Source of the DNA: an uncultured Desulfospira sp.
Lineage (GTDB): Bacteria; Desulfobacterota; Desulfobacteria; Desulfobacterales; Desulfobacteraceae
Length of the DNA: 64,000 nt
Assembly: GCA_963663165.1 (NCBI GenBank)
Contig: OY760175.1
Span: forward strand, 3,136,001 to 3,200,000
Direction: 5' to 3'
Shown: positions 1 through 9,608 of the stretch, piece after piece
Position numbering within the stretch: position 1 is the first letter of the stretch
How the letters are laid out: the number at the start of each line of letters is the position of its first letter
The notes under the pieces: model-generated
The model's database searches: none
What the model was told of the DNA's origin: nothing
The model's input: only the letters and a program-made list of their open reading frames with translations
Made by a program: the position numbers and the translations under genes

Positions 1-161
1 TTCCTGTGTGAGGGCTGGCATTTTCACCTCCCATATATTCAATTAATGCCTACATCTATATACTTTGAATGCCTATATATCAACCATACAGTTTAGCCCC
101 TGCCCACCATAAAGTTAAAAATTCATTTTAATTCCAGTTGGATATAAAAAAATTCCTTCAC

Positions 162-176
162 TGGCACAGGGTTTGA
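162..176 (+). promoter_or_regulatory. Possible sigma54 (-24/-12) promoter of the VIT-vWA operon
   Basis: TGGCACAGGGTTTGA = GG-N10-GA, a variant of TGGCAC-N5-TTGC, about 47 nt upstream of the ATG at 224. Confidence 0.4.
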
Positions 177-223
177 TTTAATCACCAGCAAAGCAAGTCA
201 ACGCTTAACTTAAGGAGACAGAC

Positions 224-2257
224 ATGAAACAGATAAAACAGCTTATTCTTTTAACCATTATCGCGGCAGCAGGGCTTGCTGCCATTCCGTTAACAGCAAC
301 CGCCGCCGGCCTGCTCAAACCATTAAACAGCAACCAATCCACCATAGAATTACAATCCCACAAAGTGGATGTCACCATTAACAACGGCTTTGCCAGAACC
401 CGGGTGGACCAGGTCTTTTTCAACACAGGCAGTACAGACCTTGAGGCCATTTACACTTTTCCCCTGCCCAAGGATGCGGCCCTGTCAGAACTGAGTCTCT
501 GGATCAACGGCAAGGAAGTCATTGGCGAGGTCCTTGAAAAAGAGCAGGCCCAAAAAGCCTATACCGACCAGAAAGCCAAAGGGAATCACACCGCCATGGC
601 CCGGCAGGATAACTATAAAACCTTTGATATCAAGGTATTTCCGGTGAAATCCAATGCCGGCACCCGGGTCTGTCTTGTCTATTACCAGCCCCTGGAAATT
701 GATTTGAATGTGGGCCGGTACGTTTACCCCTTGGAAGAGGGGAATGTGGATGATGAGCGCATCTCATTTTGGGAAACCGATTCCAGGGTAAGTCAGGATT
801 TTTCCTTTCATGCGGTTTTAAAAAGCGCCTTTCCGGTTAAAGACATCCGTGTCCCGGGCTTCCAGAATCAGGCCGTAATCACCGGGCCGGCCAAAACCGG
901 GGAGACGGAAACAGAACAAGGCGGCCAGGATGCTTACGATATTCTCCTGTCTTTCCCTGAAGGCGGGACCCTGGACAAGGACATCGTGCTTTATTACCGC
1001 CTGGACGACACGGTTCCGGCCCGCGTAGAACTGGTCCCCTTCAGGCAAGCCAACAACAAAGACGGAAAATTCATGCTGGTCATCACCCCGGGCGCAGACC
1101 TTGCCCCCATTACCACCGGTACGGACTGGACCTTTGTCCTGGATGTGTCCGGCAGCATGGGTGGCCCCAAAATTTCCACCCTGGTGGCAGGGGTCCGAAA
1201 ATCCATTAAAAAAATGACCCCGGACCACCGTTTCAGGATCATCACCTTCAGCGACAATGCAAGGCAGATTACCCCGGGGTTTATTCCGGCCACCCCGGAA
1301 AATGTGGAAAGGGCCGCCGCTGTCCTGGAAAACCTGACCGCCGGTGGCGGGACCAACCTTTATGACGGGTGTGAAATGGCATACGAAGGCCTTGATGCCG
1401 ACCGGATCAACGGGATCATCCTGGTCACCGACGGCGTGGCCAATGTGGGGCCGTCCACACATGCAACGCTTCTGGACCTTCACAGGAAATATGACTGCCG
1501 GCTGTTCACCTTTGTCATCGGTAACAGCGCCAACCAGCCCCTGCTCGAAGACCTGGCCGTGGAGTCCGGGGGGTTTTCCATGAACGTTTCCTCCCATGAT
1601 GATCTTATTGGCCGGATCCTCCAGGCCAGAACCAAAATGACCCACCAGTGCCTTTATGACACCAGGGTAAACTTCAAAGGGGAAAAGATCATGCAGCTGA
1701 GCCCTGCCCTGCCCGGCAACCTGTATATGGGACAACAGCTGGTCATGTTCGGCACCTATAATTCCCCGGGACAGGTCACTGTCGAACTTGAAGGCAGAAT
1801 CAACGGACAGACCGTGTCATGGCAGACCCGGGCCGACCTTCCTGAAATAGACACGGACAACCCTGAAATTGAACGGCTCTGGGCCATGTCCGCCATTAAG
1901 GATCTCATGAAGGTTATCAGGGAATCCCACGAAGACAAGGAACTTAAACAAGCGGTAACAGACCTTGGCACTGAATATTCCCTTGTCACTGATTATACGG
2001 CCATGGTGGTCATGTCCGAACAGGAAATGGAAAATGCCGGCATTCAGCGAAACAATGCCCGGCGGGTGGAAAAAGAGCGACAGGCCCAGGCGGCAAAAGC
2101 CAACCGCCCGGCTCAAAATTACCGGACAAGCGGCGACAGGTCCTCAAGCCCCATGTTCGGCGGAAAGTCTTCGCCCGGCATCGGCACCGGGGCCATTGGC
2201 CCATTCTTTGCGGGTCTTGCCTGGCTGCTGGGCAGAATCCGCTCCCGCAGATCCTGA
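224..2257 (+). CDS. Secreted VIT + vWA domain protein with C-terminal GlyGly-CTERM-like sorting signal
   Basis: Signal peptide; VIT domain (EAIYTFPLPKDAALSELSLWING); vWA MIDAS DVSGSM and TDG; tail GIGTGAIGPFFAGLAWLLGRIRSRRS; RBS AAGGAG. Confidence 0.9.
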   Translation: MKQIKQLILLTIIAAAGLAAIPLTATAAGLLKPLNSNQSTIELQSHKVDVTINNGFARTRVDQVFFNTGSTDLEAIYTFPLPKDAALSELSLWINGKEVIGEVLEKEQAQKAYTDQKAKGNHTAMARQDNYKTFDIKVFPVKSNAGTRVCLVYYQPLEIDLNVGRYVYPLEEGNVDDERISFWETDSRVSQDFSFHAVLKSAFPVKDIRVPGFQNQAVITGPAKTGETETEQGGQDAYDILLSFPEGGTLDKDIVLYYRLDDTVPARVELVPFRQANNKDGKFMLVITPGADLAPITTGTDWTFVLDVSGSMGGPKISTLVAGVRKSIKKMTPDHRFRIITFSDNARQITPGFIPATPENVERAAAVLENLTAGGGTNLYDGCEMAYEGLDADRINGIILVTDGVANVGPSTHATLLDLHRKYDCRLFTFVIGNSANQPLLEDLAVESGGFSMNVSSHDDLIGRILQARTKMTHQCLYDTRVNFKGEKIMQLSPALPGNLYMGQQLVMFGTYNSPGQVTVELEGRINGQTVSWQTRADLPEIDTDNPEIERLWAMSAIKDLMKVIRESHEDKELKQAVTDLGTEYSLVTDYTAMVVMSEQEMENAGIQRNNARRVEKERQAQAAKANRPAQNYRTSGDRSSSPMFGGKSSPGIGTGAIGPFFAGLAWLLGRIRSRRS

Positions 2258-2316
2258 TATTTCCAACAGGGGCTCCGAAGGGGGCCCCGCCAAACCATTT
2301 TTAAGGATATCTTTCC

Positions 2317-2940
2317 ATGAAACAAAATCACAAAGTAGAACTGGCCGTCATCTCAGGGTTGCTTTTAATGGTAAATATTCACCTGGTAACCGGCAGCCCG
2401 GACAATCCTTTCATATACCGGCCCGGCGAATCAGGTCTTGGGGGATTGGCAGCCCTCATCCTCCATCCCCTGGTCCATGTCAGCATTTACCATTTTGCCC
2501 TGGATGCGGGAGCGTTTCTTTTTCTCTGGTCAAAACTTCAGGCCGGTTTTGCCGCACGAACCGCCTGTCTTTTGATCAGTGGAATTTCAAGCTTCCTTTG
2601 TTTAATTCTTCTGGCACCGGACGCCGCCGCATCCGGCTTTTGCGGGCTGTCCGGCATTGCCCATGGGATCATGGCGGTGTTCTGCCTTGAAATGGCCATG
2701 GACCGGCGATCAAGACCGGCCGGGATTATCGGTCTGGGCCTGGTGGGAGCCAAATCCGCCGTTGAAGTGATTTTGGGACATGGCCTGTTTGGCCCCATGC
2801 ATATGGGGTACTGCGGCACCCCGGTTCCGGCCAGCCATCTGGGCGGTTTTTTTGGCGGGATCCTGGGGTTTGCCCTGGCCCAAACCATGACCCGGGCAAA
2901 TCAAACGATTCTAAAAACTTTGCATTTGAGGAAGGGATAA
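2317..2940 (+). CDS. Rhomboid-family intramembrane serine protease, rhombosortase-like
   Basis: Multi-TM protein with HxxxxH (HVSIYH), catalytic GLSG and HLGG motifs; directly downstream of a GlyGly-CTERM-like target. Confidence 0.8.
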   Translation: MKQNHKVELAVISGLLLMVNIHLVTGSPDNPFIYRPGESGLGGLAALILHPLVHVSIYHFALDAGAFLFLWSKLQAGFAARTACLLISGISSFLCLILLAPDAAASGFCGLSGIAHGIMAVFCLEMAMDRRSRPAGIIGLGLVGAKSAVEVILGHGLFGPMHMGYCGTPVPASHLGGFFGGILGFALAQTMTRANQTILKTLHLRKG

Positions 2941-2943
2941 ATT

Positions 2944-4905
2944 ATGATCAACAGTCAACCCCGTCTCTCTATTAAAGGAATATTCATGGGAAAACCAGCG
3001 AAACAGGATTCAACAATTGACAGCAAAGGGGAAAACAACGGTCAGTTCAGCCTGTTAAAAACCAAAAAATTCGCCCCTTTTTTCTGGACCCAATTTGCCG
3101 GGGCCTTTAACGACAATGTCTACAAAAACATACTGATCCTGATGATCGCCTTTCAGGCCGCCGCATCTTTACCGATGAATTCCGATGTGCTGATCAATAT
3201 GGCGGCCGGGTTGTTTATCCTGCCCTTTTTCCTTTTTTCCGCCTTTGCAGGCCAGATGGCCGACAAATTTGAGAAATCAAAACTGATCCGGATCATCAAA
3301 CTGGTGGAGATCGTCATCATGGGGGTGGCGGCGGTGGCCCTCTACCACGAGCAGGTGGGGTTTCTGTTGTTGCTTCTTTTTCTGATGGGAACCCAGTCTG
3401 CGTTTTTCGGGCCGGTGAAATACAGCATCATTCCCCAGCACCTGGATGAATCCGAGATTGTCGGGGGCAATGCCCTGGTGGAGATGGGGACCTTTGTTTC
3501 CATCCTCCTTGGCACCGTTACCGGCGGTATCCTGGTGAACCAGGGAAGAATTTTGGGCGGTGCCACCCTGATTGCCGTGGCAGTGGCCGGCTGGTTTGCC
3601 AGCCGGATGATTCCCAAGGCAGCCCCGGCAAGCCCGGATTTAAAGATCAGCTGGAACCTGTTTAAAGAATCCAAACGGATCATCTCCCATACCCGCAAAG
3701 ACCGGGTGGTGTTTCTGTCGATTATGGGCATTTCCTGGTTCTGGTTTCTCGGGGCCTGTTACCTGACCCAGATCCCCAATTACACCAAAACCGTGCTGTT
3801 CAGTTCGGAACAGGTGGCCACGCTTTTGCTGACCATGTTTTCCATCGGTATCGGGGGCGGGTCCCTTTTGTGTGAACGGCTTTCAGGAAAAAAAGTCGAA
3901 TACGGCCTGGTTCCCATCGGCTCCATCGGATTAAGCATTTTCGGCATTGATCTGGCCTTTGCATTTAAAGGGACTGATCCGGGAAGCCTCATGGGCATCA
4001 TTCAGTTTTTACAGTCACCAGGCAGTATCCGTGTCCTTGCCGATATCGTTCTTATCGGTATATTCGGCGGGCTTTATATTGTCCCCTTAACCGCCATTGT
4101 CCAGACCCGCAGCGAAGAAGCTTACCGTTCCAGGATCATTGCGGCGGGCAATATTATCAATGCCCTGTTCATGGTCCTGGCCGCCCTGGCCGGGGCCGTG
4201 CTGATCGGGGTGTCCGGCCTGACCATCCCGTGGTTTTTCATCACCATTACCGTGATGAATGTCTGTGTGGCCGTGTTTATCTACACCCTGGTCCCTGAAT
4301 TTACCATGCGGTGCATGGTCTGGATATTGACCCATGTGGTTTACCGGATCCGGCATGAAAACTTAAGCCGCATCCCCTTGGAAGGACCTGCCGTGATCGT
4401 GTGCAACCACGTCAGTTATGTGGATGCCCTGATTATCGCAAGCCTGTGCCGGAGACCTGCCAGGTTTGTCATGGACAAGGCCATCTTCGGCATCCCGGTC
4501 TTAAATTTTATTTTTAAAACCGCCAAGGCCATCCCCATTACCTCAAAGGCCAAAGACCCGGACCTGTATAATGCGGCATTTCAGACCATATCTTCGGAGC
4601 TGGACCAGGGAAACATTGTCTGCATTTTTCCCGAAGGCCGGCTGACCCGGGACGGCGAGATCGGGGAGTTTAAAAGCGGCATTGACAAAATACTTTCCAG
4701 AAATCCGGTACCGGTGGTCCCGTCCGCACTCCGGGGGCTTTGGGGCAGCTTTTTCAGCCATAAGGGAAAGCCGGCCTTTTCAAAACCGCCCAAACGGTTT
4801 TTTTCCAGAATCGAGTACCGGGTGGGCCACCCCATACCGGCAGAACAGGCCAGTGCCCGGCACCTTTACGAGGTAGTCTCAGACCTCAGGGGAGACCTGC
4901 GGTAA
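2944..4905 (+). CDS. MFS lysophospholipid transporter (LplT-like) fused to a PlsC-type acyltransferase
   Basis: N-terminal FWTQFAGAFNDNVYK MFS signature; C-terminal NHVSYVD and FPEG acyltransferase motifs; alternative start 2986. Confidence 0.88.
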   Translation: MINSQPRLSIKGIFMGKPAKQDSTIDSKGENNGQFSLLKTKKFAPFFWTQFAGAFNDNVYKNILILMIAFQAAASLPMNSDVLINMAAGLFILPFFLFSAFAGQMADKFEKSKLIRIIKLVEIVIMGVAAVALYHEQVGFLLLLLFLMGTQSAFFGPVKYSIIPQHLDESEIVGGNALVEMGTFVSILLGTVTGGILVNQGRILGGATLIAVAVAGWFASRMIPKAAPASPDLKISWNLFKESKRIISHTRKDRVVFLSIMGISWFWFLGACYLTQIPNYTKTVLFSSEQVATLLLTMFSIGIGGGSLLCERLSGKKVEYGLVPIGSIGLSIFGIDLAFAFKGTDPGSLMGIIQFLQSPGSIRVLADIVLIGIFGGLYIVPLTAIVQTRSEEAYRSRIIAAGNIINALFMVLAALAGAVLIGVSGLTIPWFFITITVMNVCVAVFIYTLVPEFTMRCMVWILTHVVYRIRHENLSRIPLEGPAVIVCNHVSYVDALIIASLCRRPARFVMDKAIFGIPVLNFIFKTAKAIPITSKAKDPDLYNAAFQTISSELDQGNIVCIFPEGRLTRDGEIGEFKSGIDKILSRNPVPVVPSALRGLWGSFFSHKGKPAFSKPPKRFFSRIEYRVGHPIPAEQASARHLYEVVSDLRGDLR

Positions 4906-4922
4906 GCGTTTTGGATAGCAAG

Positions 4923-6224
4923 TTACTTTGCGCCAAGAAAGAACGGCAGGCTGTAAAGGGGGATGAACTTTACTTTTTGCTCAGGCAGTTCCTGGTATTC
5001 CCCGCTGTAAAACACCCATCCTTGAGGACAGTCCGGATACTTTTCCAGCATCAGGTGAAGGCTTCGCAAACTGCCGCCTTTACCTGATTTAACCTCAATG
5101 GGATAGACGGCTCCCCCGCAGTCAACCAAAAAATCCACTTCGGCATTGCTGCTTCTGGCATCCCTGGACCAATAATACAGGGGGCCACCCTGCCAGGCCA
5201 GCAACTCCTGCGCAACAAACTGCTCAGCCAGTTTTCCCCGGTATATGGCCAGAAGGTTTTCCTGTTTGAACTCAGCCTCGACAGGAACGTGGCACAATCG
5301 CTGGAGAAGCCCGATATCCAGCATGGCCGCCTTAAACTTTTTCGGGTTTGCGGCGGCCCCAAGGGGAATCCCCGGGGGATTACAGGATGAAATCTTATGA
5401 ACCACCCTGGCTTTGGATAGAAGATCAAAGGCTTTTCTATTGGTCTGGCCGGCATGCCCGTGGTTCAGCCGGGTATATTTAATCTGTTCTCCGGCGGCTC
5501 TGGCCGTGTTTAAAAAGACCGCGTCAAGGCATACCGGATCAACTTTTGGTGTATATTTTGAAAAATCATCCCGGAAAGAATCTAAGATCTCAGACTGAAC
5601 ACCAAAAACTTCCAGCATGGAACCGGTATCTCGCCAGGTTTTAACGCATTCGGGCATTCCCCCAATGAAAAAATATTTTTTCAATTCAGCCAGGATCATA
5701 TCTGAAACATGCTTTCCGGTGCCGGCCGGGTCGGATAAAACCGCCCGGGCCATGGGATCACGCCCTATGGCAAGAAGATACTCATAAAAGCTCATGGGCC
5801 CCATTTTGAGATATTGAACCCTGCCCACAGGGACTGAAATCTGCCCAAAGGCAAATTCAAGAAGGGAGCCTGCCGCAACCACGTGAAGATCGGGAACTTG
5901 TTCATAAAAATACCGCAGGGCCATGACAGCCCTGGGGCAGGCCTGAATCTCATCTAAAAAAAGCAGGGTGTTGCCCGGGATGATCCGTCCTGATACCAGT
6001 TCCAGAGCATTCAAGATTTCTTGCGGCTCAAGGCTTTCGGCAAAATGGACATGGAGATCTTTTCTTTTTTCCAGGTCAATTTTAACAAAATGGTCAAAGG
6101 ATTTTGAAAGGACATTATCCACCAGCCACGTCTTTCCCACCTGGCGGGCACCTCTGATGATCAAGGGCTTGCGCCGTTTGGAATGCCGCCAGTCCATGAT
6201 ATCCTTCTCTAAAACCCGTTTCAT
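4923..6224 (-). CDS. AAA+ ATPase with DUF4143 and C-terminal nuclease-like motif
   Basis: GARQVGKT Walker A, LFLDEIQ Walker B, EVDF...IEVKSG C-terminus. Confidence 0.88.
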   Translation of the reverse strand: MKRVLEKDIMDWRHSKRRKPLIIRGARQVGKTWLVDNVLSKSFDHFVKIDLEKRKDLHVHFAESLEPQEILNALELVSGRIIPGNTLLFLDEIQACPRAVMALRYFYEQVPDLHVVAAGSLLEFAFGQISVPVGRVQYLKMGPMSFYEYLLAIGRDPMARAVLSDPAGTGKHVSDMILAELKKYFFIGGMPECVKTWRDTGSMLEVFGVQSEILDSFRDDFSKYTPKVDPVCLDAVFLNTARAAGEQIKYTRLNHGHAGQTNRKAFDLLSKARVVHKISSCNPPGIPLGAAANPKKFKAAMLDIGLLQRLCHVPVEAEFKQENLLAIYRGKLAEQFVAQELLAWQGGPLYYWSRDARSSNAEVDFLVDCGGAVYPIEVKSGKGGSLRSLHLMLEKYPDCPQGWVFYSGEYQELPEQKVKFIPLYSLPFFLGAK

Positions 6225-6417
6225 GTCTTCCTCCCCCCGTTCATCCTGGTTCTTACGTTCAGCTATAAAAGGATATCAATACAAATCCGGTACCGATAAA
6301 ATCCGATTTACAATTGATAATATACGATATTAATGTAGAAACTCAAGGGAGTTTTTAAAATATCTATATAGAAACTCAAGGTTAATTATAAATTTTCATA
6401 TCTTCAACATTCAAATT

Positions 6418-6642
6418 TTAAACCCCATTCCCCTTGGGCCTGGTTGCCGGCCCGATTGTTGTAGTTGTACAGGAGATCTTCCCTTTAAGGGGTAAGCCAT
6501 GGCAAGAGGGCTGGTGAAAATATCCCGCCATGATTTCATAACCCGTGTCATTGGGATGGCAAGACTCAATCATACTATAAATATCAGCCGGGGCAAAAGG
6601 ATTACAAGGTTGCCCATTTTGTAGTATGGTTATCAATGTCAT
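6418..6642 (-). pseudogene. Possible C-terminal fragment of an SGNH/GDSL hydrolase
   Basis: CHPNDTGYEIMA resembles SGNH block V (HPNxxGY); no N-terminal part, and a repeat remnant lies just upstream at about 6660. Confidence 0.35.
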
Positions 6643-6794
6643 TAACTTAAGCGTTAATACAAGAAACTAGAAACAAGAGGGTGAAGCGCCGTTGGCGCCC
6701 ATTTTATAACCCCTGCGCGCTATGCCAAATTTCTTAAGTTAATGGCATTGGTATGGTTATTGTTGTTTTAGCCGTTTTAATGGAGCGAAGCATC

Positions 6795-7331
6795 ATGAAA
6801 ATAGGGGTTATCAGCGATACTCACGGTTCATTGACCGCATGGCAGAATGCAGTGGACTATTTTAAAAGGGCCGACTTAATTATCCACTGCGGAGACCTCC
6901 TCTATCACGGCCCGCGCAATCCCCTGCCCGACGGGTATGATCCGGCGAAATTGGCAACGGCCGTGAACCAGACCCGGCAGCGGATTGTTTTTGCCAAAGG
7001 AAATTGTGACAGTGAGGTCGACCAGCTCATGGTTAACGTTCCCATTATGGCACCCTATGCCCAGGTGTTCACCCCTGACTGGCAAATTCTGGCCCACCAC
7101 GGCCACACTCTGGACATAGGTGATATGCCCGACTGGACCCACGGGTATAACCTGATCATCTCAGGCCACACCCACCTGCCCGGGATCACCAGGCAGGGCC
7201 GGCAGGTTTTCTTAAATCCGGGCAGCCCGGCCCTGCCTAAAAATGAAGATCTCACCCCCACCATTGCACTGATTGACGGGCAACGGATTTCCATTATCGA
7301 CCTTGAGAAAAGGAAAAAATGGAAACCGTAA
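6795..7331 (+). CDS. yfcE: YfcE-family metallophosphoesterase
   Basis: SDTHG, GDLLYHGPRN, GNCD, HGH, GHTH and NPGS motifs. Confidence 0.88.
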   Translation: MKIGVISDTHGSLTAWQNAVDYFKRADLIIHCGDLLYHGPRNPLPDGYDPAKLATAVNQTRQRIVFAKGNCDSEVDQLMVNVPIMAPYAQVFTPDWQILAHHGHTLDIGDMPDWTHGYNLIISGHTHLPGITRQGRQVFLNPGSPALPKNEDLTPTIALIDGQRISIIDLEKRKKWKP

Positions 7332-7543
7332 ACAGGGGACCGGAGACCGGATATCGCACATTATTAACGCACACGCATTACGGCCTCCGGCCTTCTGTCT
7401 GGCGGTCTCCGATCAATTCTATTAAAAATTTATCATTTCAGACCTTGAATAAAATTAGTTTAAGCTTACTTTATATTTCAAGGACCAAACGGTCTTTTAA
7501 AGTTTAAAAATGAAAAATAATATTTTATATATGAGGTGATAAA

Positions 7544-7687
7544 ATGACTGAAAAAAGAATTGAAGACTACGTCGAAAACAACAGAGAAGAGGGTGAAGGC
7601 CATGTAGATACCAGACACTACAACTTTGAGTGTGACCATCCGGACAAGCACTTGGGATGTGACCCGGGAATTGATGTGGCCGGATAG
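7544..7687 (+). CDS. 47 aa acidic His/Cys-containing small protein (below the ORF-track cutoff)
   Basis: RBS GAGGTG before ATG 7544; MTEKRIEDYVENNREEGEGHVDTRHYNFECDHPDKHLGCDPGIDVAG; TAG at 7685-7687; strong terminator 20 nt downstream. Confidence 0.65.
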   Translation: MTEKRIEDYVENNREEGEGHVDTRHYNFECDHPDKHLGCDPGIDVAG

Positions 7688-7706
7688 GCTCCGCCTTGCA
7701 GGGGTG

Positions 7707-7743
7707 AGGGGCAAAGGGCACCATGGCCCTTTGCCCCTTTTTT
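7707..7743 (+). terminator. Rho-independent terminator
   Basis: AGGGGCAAAGGGC-accatg-GCCCTTTGCCCCT followed by a T run. Confidence 0.85.
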
Positions 7744-7801
7744 ATTAAGGAATCACTGAAAGGTCAGCAATAAACCGCCAACAGGGGCAAAAACATCATC
7801 C

Positions 7802-8842
7802 TTAATTTCCGGTCCGTAATTTTTCCCAGTATTTCTGGTAAATTTCAATGGCCGGCCCCACATCGTTCTGGAACTCGCCCTGCTGGATAATTTCTTTGGA
7901 AGGGAAAATGGTCCTGCTGCCGCTGATGTCGGCGGAAAGCAGGGCAATGGCCGGTTTTACCGGGGTGGGATAGCCGTACTCCTCCACACAGGCCTTGGCA
8001 GCTTCAGCCGTCATCATAAAGTTAATAAAGGCATGGGCGGCCGTGGGATTTCTCGCTCCCTGGGGGATGACAAAACTGTCCACCCAGAAACTGGCCCCCT
8101 CTTTGGGGTAGACATACTGAATTTTGGGATTTTCCGCACTGGCCATCCAGGCCTCGCCGTTCCAGATCATGCCAATACTGACCTCGCCGGCCAGAAACGG
8201 CAGTTTGGGCGAATCTGAATTGAACAGCAGCACGTTGGGCATGAGATCCTTGAGCAGCAGGTAGGCCTGTTCGATCTCCTTAGGATCGGTGGTGTTGCCG
8301 CTGAACCCTTTAATTTTCAACGCCATTTGAAAGACTTCCCGCAGATCATCCTGGAGCAGGAGCCGGCCCTTGAATTCGGGTTTCCACAGATCCTTCCAGG
8401 AGGTGACCTGGTCCAGAGGAATGTCGTCCGTGTTGACGGCAATGCCCGTGGACCCCCACATATAGGGAATGGAATACCGGTTCCGAGGGTCATACGCCTT
8501 GTTCAGCAGTTCAGGGTCAAGGTTTTTCATGTTGGGCAAAAGGGAATGGTCCAGCGGTAAGAGCATCCCTTCCTGCCCCATCTTTGATACAAAATAGGTG
8601 GACGGCACCACCACATCATACCCGTCTTTTTTGATCAGCTTAAGTTTGGCATACATGGTTTCGTTGCTGTCATAGGTGGTATAGACCACTTCAATGCCGG
8701 TTTCTTTGGTAAACTGGTCCAGAACCGACTCCGGGATGTATTCGGTCCAGTTGTAAACATAAATTTTTTCAGCGGCCTGGGCACTGATGCCAAAAACCAG
8801 CACCAGGGCAAGGCCAACAAGGGATTTAAACAGTGTTTTCAT
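7802..8842 (-). CDS. potD: Spermidine/putrescine ABC transporter substrate-binding protein
   Basis: Signal peptide; YNWTEYI, YDSNE, VPSTY, PYMWGSTG and PKEGA motifs. Confidence 0.93.
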   Translation of the reverse strand: MKTLFKSLVGLALVLVFGISAQAAEKIYVYNWTEYIPESVLDQFTKETGIEVVYTTYDSNETMYAKLKLIKKDGYDVVVPSTYFVSKMGQEGMLLPLDHSLLPNMKNLDPELLNKAYDPRNRYSIPYMWGSTGIAVNTDDIPLDQVTSWKDLWKPEFKGRLLLQDDLREVFQMALKIKGFSGNTTDPKEIEQAYLLLKDLMPNVLLFNSDSPKLPFLAGEVSIGMIWNGEAWMASAENPKIQYVYPKEGASFWVDSFVIPQGARNPTAAHAFINFMMTAEAAKACVEEYGYPTPVKPAIALLSADISGSRTIFPSKEIIQQGEFQNDVGPAIEIYQKYWEKLRTGN

Positions 8843-9608
8843 GTTTCTTTTTCTCCTTCAACATTAGTTGGCTGACAATAACCAGTGCCAGTGAAAGCAC
8901 CACCAGAAGCGCGGCAAGCGCATTAACTTCCGGTTTAACGCCCACCTTTACCATTGAAAAAATTTTCAACGGCAGCACATCATAACTGGGACCTGTAACA
9001 AATGAACTGATGATAACATCATCAAGGGACAGGGTAAATGTAAGAAGCCAGCTTGAAATAAGTGCCGGCCGCATCATGGGCAAAAGCACCCGGGTAACGA
9101 TATTTCTTTCTGATGCCCCCAGGTCTCTGGCCGCATCCAGAACATTGGGGTCAAAATCCTGTAGCCGTCCGGCAATGGTCATGATGGCAAAGGGAAGGCA
9201 AAAGGTGATGTGGGACAGCAGCAGAGACCAGAACCCCAGGGCAATGCCCACAGCAACGAAAAGCACCAGAAAGGCGATGGCCAGAATAATATCAGGGGCC
9301 ATCATCAGGGTGATGCTGGTGCCCCGGATAATCGCCCGCCCCGGGAACCTGTACCGGTTAAGCCCAATGGCGGCAAACGCCCCGATGGCTGTGGCCAGTG
9401 TGGCGGCACACAGCGCAATCACCACAGAATGGCGGGCCGCCGCCATCAGGGAATGGTTTTCCAGCATGGCCATAAACCATTTAAAGGTAAAGCCGTCCCA
9501 TTTCATCCCGTATTTGTTCAGGTTAAATGCATTGGCCACCAGCACACCAATGGGAAGATACAGATAGAAAAATATGCCTGTAAAATAAACCAGCCTTATC
9601 ATGTTCAC
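8826..9608 (-). CDS. potC: Polyamine ABC transporter permease
   Basis: DAARDLGA loop, SLDDVIIS and PEVNALA motifs; GTG start overlaps the potB stop. Confidence 0.9.
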   Translation of the reverse strand: MNMIRLVYFTGIFFYLYLPIGVLVANAFNLNKYGMKWDGFTFKWFMAMLENHSLMAAARHSVVIALCAATLATAIGAFAAIGLNRYRFPGRAIIRGTSITLMMAPDIILAIAFLVLFVAVGIALGFWSLLLSHITFCLPFAIMTIAGRLQDFDPNVLDAARDLGASERNIVTRVLLPMMRPALISSWLLTFTLSLDDVIISSFVTGPSYDVLPLKIFSMVKVGVKPEVNALAALLVVLSLALVIVSQLMLKEKKKHENTV

